Positions 46,237 to 48,509 of a stretch of DNA of 48,509 nt are shown piece by piece. The position numbers and the translations under genes were made by a program. This DNA is from a virus (taxonomy: Duplodnaviria; Caudoviricetes): positions 1 through 48,509 of IMG/VR virus record IMGVR_UViG_3300045779_000011; one strand, written 5' to 3'. Within the stretch, counting starts at the first letter, position 1. Every line of letters starts with the position of its first letter. The notes under the pieces are model-generated. The model saw only the letters and a list, made by a program, of their open reading frames with translations. It was not told the DNA's origin and searched no databases.

Positions 46237-46449
46237 TTAGTACGACCGCGACCGCGACCGCGACCGCGACCACGACCCCGACCGCGACCGCGACCACGAC
46301 CGCGACCGCGACCCCGACCGCGACCCCGACCCCGACCACGACCCCGACCACGACCACGACCACGACCGCGACCGCGACCCCGACCACGACCACGACCCCG
46401 ACCCCGACCACGACCACGACCCCTTTACTTTTGCTGATCGAACAGCCAT
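46237..46449 (-). CDS. Ser-(Trp/Arg/Gly) dipeptide-repeat protein
   Basis: AGGA RBS; ATG 7 nt after the Sm-like stop; stop codon immediately after the repeat. Confidence 0.7.
   Translation of the reverse strand: MAVRSAKVKGSWSWSGSGSWSWSGSRSRSWSWSWSGSWSGSGSRSGSRSRSWSRSRSGSWSRSRSRSRSY
46243..46422. repeat. 30 x hexamer CGACC[ACG]
   Basis: Perfect 6-nt period; only one position varies. Confidence 0.97.
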
Positions 46450-46455
46450 GTTGTC

Positions 46456-46722
46456 CTACTTTCCGAGTCCGAAAGACTCTATAGCAGAGGTCTGTACATA
46501 CCACACGGTTCCAGGAAGCTTTTGTGCATCCTTATATCCTTTGTCAGTAAAACTCCCTGTTTCATACACAATCTTGGCCCCCTCAATTTGGATGCAAGTT
46601 GTATTAACACCTACCAGCTTACCTGAATAGATGTAGTTAAGCGCGAAGATAAGAACATCTTCTCCTAGAAGAGCCTCGAAGCCCTCCCCCTCTACTTCAG
46701 TAACATTCACAAGCTTCTTCAT
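46456..46722 (-). CDS. Sm/LSm-fold-like small protein
   Basis: LLGEDVLIFALNYIYSGKLVGVNTTCIQIEGA matches the Sm1 pattern (G..V.i....y.G.L.g.d...l.L.da); C-terminal VQTSAIESF resembles Sm2. Confidence 0.6.
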   Translation of the reverse strand: MKKLVNVTEVEGEGFEALLGEDVLIFALNYIYSGKLVGVNTTCIQIEGAKIVYETGSFTDKGYKDAQKLPGTVWYVQTSAIESFGLGK

Positions 46723-46812
46723 AAATCTTTTTCTCCTAGACTATTGGTAGAAGCACATCCCTGCCGCGTGTAGGCTAGTCTGTAGGGACTGCCGGGGTAC
46801 GTCCCGGCCCGG

Positions 46813-47787
46813 TTAGAAATTGTCAAGCACTGTTGGAGTGTCCAGATTATTTGATGCCCACTTATCGAGAGACGCCTCAAGCGGAATATTCAGTTTTCTG
46901 CACATAACAGCGACCTGATTTGCAAATTCTCGTGCGGTATCTCGGTCGTAGTCCCGTCCAAAGTCTTCAGCAACTACTTCTGCTGCAAGTGCCCCAGCCA
47001 ATTCAGCAAAAATCCGGAACTTGGTTAGCATCTTGACAGGAGAGTTTTCTGATATATCGTGCTGCTTCGTGGGCTTAGGTGCTGGTTTTCCTTGGGACTC
47101 CTCCTTAGCTGCCTTAGCATCCTCAACTTTTAACTTCTTCCCACCCTCTTTCTTTGTCTTCTCAATTACTGCATTCTGCTGCTTGCGTGATGGAATTTCT
47201 GCTAGCTGGAGAGCCGCCGAAGTACTCATGAAACCTTTCCGGTACTCCTCCTGGGCCTCTGGGCTAAGTTCCAGTAAAGCGAGACAGTTCTTAACCTCTC
47301 GGATTGCTTTTGCCAGTTCTTCTGGAGTAGAGATTTCCGGGTAGTAGATTCTTGCAATATCCTCCTCGGATTTCCCAAACTTCAGCTTTAGAATCTGCTG
47401 GTTGTGGCCGTCGTCAAGCGGCGAAGGGTTCAAACGTTCTCTGTTTTCAATAATCGTGTAACAAAAAGCTTCTGCCTCTGTCTTTGCTGGAATGAAGTTA
47501 AACAAAAGGTTCAACCTCTTGTTGGGGTCTTTTTCCCGTTCGTTGAGTCGAAGAATAGCTCGAAGTCTGCGATGACCTGCTGCTACTACAGGCCATCCTT
47601 CATCATTCTTCCAACACAAGGCAGGTTGGCGTTGCCCGTTGGTATTAATACTTTGAGCCAACGTCTCTATTTCGGTTGCCTCGAAACGTCCTGACAAGTC
47701 GTTTAGAGTGATAACATTCAAAGGCGAGACACTATAGCCTTGCCCAGTTCTTGTTACTCCCGCTTGGGGATTCCATTGCACGGCCAT
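46813..47787 (-). CDS. ParB/Srx-domain protein
   Basis: LAQSI..NGQRQP, AAGHRRLRA (GxRR), ENRER.N.SP.D, then an HTH-like segment. Confidence 0.85.
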   Translation of the reverse strand: MAVQWNPQAGVTRTGQGYSVSPLNVITLNDLSGRFEATEIETLAQSINTNGQRQPALCWKNDEGWPVVAAGHRRLRAILRLNEREKDPNKRLNLLFNFIPAKTEAEAFCYTIIENRERLNPSPLDDGHNQQILKLKFGKSEEDIARIYYPEISTPEELAKAIREVKNCLALLELSPEAQEEYRKGFMSTSAALQLAEIPSRKQQNAVIEKTKKEGGKKLKVEDAKAAKEESQGKPAPKPTKQHDISENSPVKMLTKFRIFAELAGALAAEVVAEDFGRDYDRDTAREFANQVAVMCRKLNIPLEASLDKWASNNLDTPTVLDNF

Positions 47788-47795
47788 ATTTCCTC

Positions 47796-47975
47796 CTAGA
47801 AATTGTGAACAGTAAAGGTGAAAAGATCGTTTAACCTCAAAGTGCTGGCAGGATCAACATAGATTGTTTTCTTAGGGTTCAACAATTTTTCCAACCCCGC
47901 AGAGATTAAATCCTTGTCCTCGTTTTCTAACTGATCCCACACTTCTTCCAGTTTCCGGAATTTCGGTTTATCCAT
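47796..47975 (-). CDS. Small protein, 59 aa (not in ORF track)
   Basis: MDKPKFRKLEEVWDQLE...; GAGG RBS behind a promoter. Confidence 0.6.
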   Translation of the reverse strand: MDKPKFRKLEEVWDQLENEDKDLISAGLEKLLNPKKTIYVDPASTLRLNDLFTFTVHNF

Positions 47976-47991
47976 TTTGTTCCTCGATTTC

Positions 47992-48020
47992 AGTTAAGCA
48001 CGGTTTTAATTTTTTGTCAA
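47992..48020 (-). promoter_or_regulatory. Promoter of the ParB / Sm-like / Ser-repeat operon
   Basis: TTGACA-17 bp-TTAACT with TG upstream of -10. Confidence 0.65.
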
Positions 48021-48259
48021 GCGAAATTTTCATCCATATAGATGATTCTTTTTCGCGCCGCAATTTTCAACGGAATGACTTCTCTCTCGATTTCTGGAAC
48101 GTTTTCCTTTCCAGTATGCCACCTCCCACAGAGATGACATGCGTATGTGTGCGTGTACTCTACTCCAGGGCACTCAGCACGGCGCATCATAACAATGGCG
48201 TGCTTCGCCCTAGCCTCGGAATGGTATTTCTTCTTACCGGAACTACAACGATTAGACAC
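48017..48259 (-). CDS. Small Zn-binding protein
   Basis: C.SGKKKY....A...YACHLCGRWH. Confidence 0.7.
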   Translation of the reverse strand: MSNRCSSGKKKYHSEARAKHAIVMMRRAECPGVEYTHTYACHLCGRWHTGKENVPEIEREVIPLKIAARKRIIYMDENFA

Positions 48260-48363
48260 TCATACTTCTCCTTCTAGAAGATTAGTAGGTACCCATTCCC
48301 GCCATCGTGGAGGCTCTTCTTTGGGAACAACCGGGGGACCGCCCCGGCGCGGATTAAAGTACC

Positions 48364-48507
48364 TTACCACACTGTTACTGTTGTCTTGGTATCCTTTGGG
48401 TTAAGGGCTTTGATAATGTTTTCAATCTCAGCACGGAGTTTGTGGGTGGGATGGTTAAAAATTCGATGTCCTCTGTACCCTGACCCATCCAAAGAGATGC
48501 CAGGGAA
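48364..48507 (-). CDS. Hypothetical protein (5' partial)
   Basis: Frame open from the window edge: FPGISLDG...KTTVTVW*. Confidence 0.45.
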   Translation of the reverse strand, partial: FPGISLDGSGYRGHRIFNHPTHKLRAEIENIIKALNPKDTKTTVTVW

Positions 48508-48509
48508 AT

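Noticed and set aside
46243-46422. CRISPR array or DGR repeat
   Set aside because: 6-nt period with no spacers; no reverse transcriptase or template/variable repeat pair seen.
45983-46504. Poly-Val ORF (173 aa, minus) and Thr/Ala/Pro ORF (46230..46484, plus)
   Set aside because: Alternative frames of a stop-free hexamer repeat; only the Ser frame has an RBS, a coupled start and a flush stop.
46798-46827. CTTGACA promoter at the end of the ParB-like gene
   Set aside because: No -10 hexamer at 16-18 bp spacing.

Overview
A 48.5-kb segment of a tailed dsDNA bacteriophage genome (standard genetic code; host not determinable from sequence). 1-7.3 kb (+): two large probable internal-virion/ejection proteins, the larger with an inserted ADP-ribosyltransferase-like domain. 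After a bidirectional terminator, nearly everything is on the minus strand. Nucleotide metabolism: class II RNR, dNMP kinase, three metallophosphoesterases. RNA repair: Rnl1- and Rnl2-type ligases, PNK/phosphatase, two nucleotidyltransferases. Replication/recombination: primase-helicase, Cas4-like nuclease, UvrD, SSB, ERF, tyrosine recombinase, family A polymerase. Also many HNH/EndoVII/GIY-YIG nucleases, a lysozyme, two tRNAs and a ParB-like protein. Most striking observations: (1) the polymerase intein carries a complete HNH endonuclease gene overprinted in the -1 frame; (2) a promoter-driven array of anticodon-less tRNA-like/structured RNAs sits directly upstream of a nucleotidyltransferase, with three more structured RNA candidates nearby; (3) a 15-bp quasi-palindrome TTCCG-N5-CGGAA is dispersed in 15 or more copies; (4) an Sm-like gene is paired with a (Ser-Trp/Arg/Gly)n protein; (5) the tRNA-Lys has C at position 33. 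All family calls are from motif recognition by eye; no database searches or folding programs were run.
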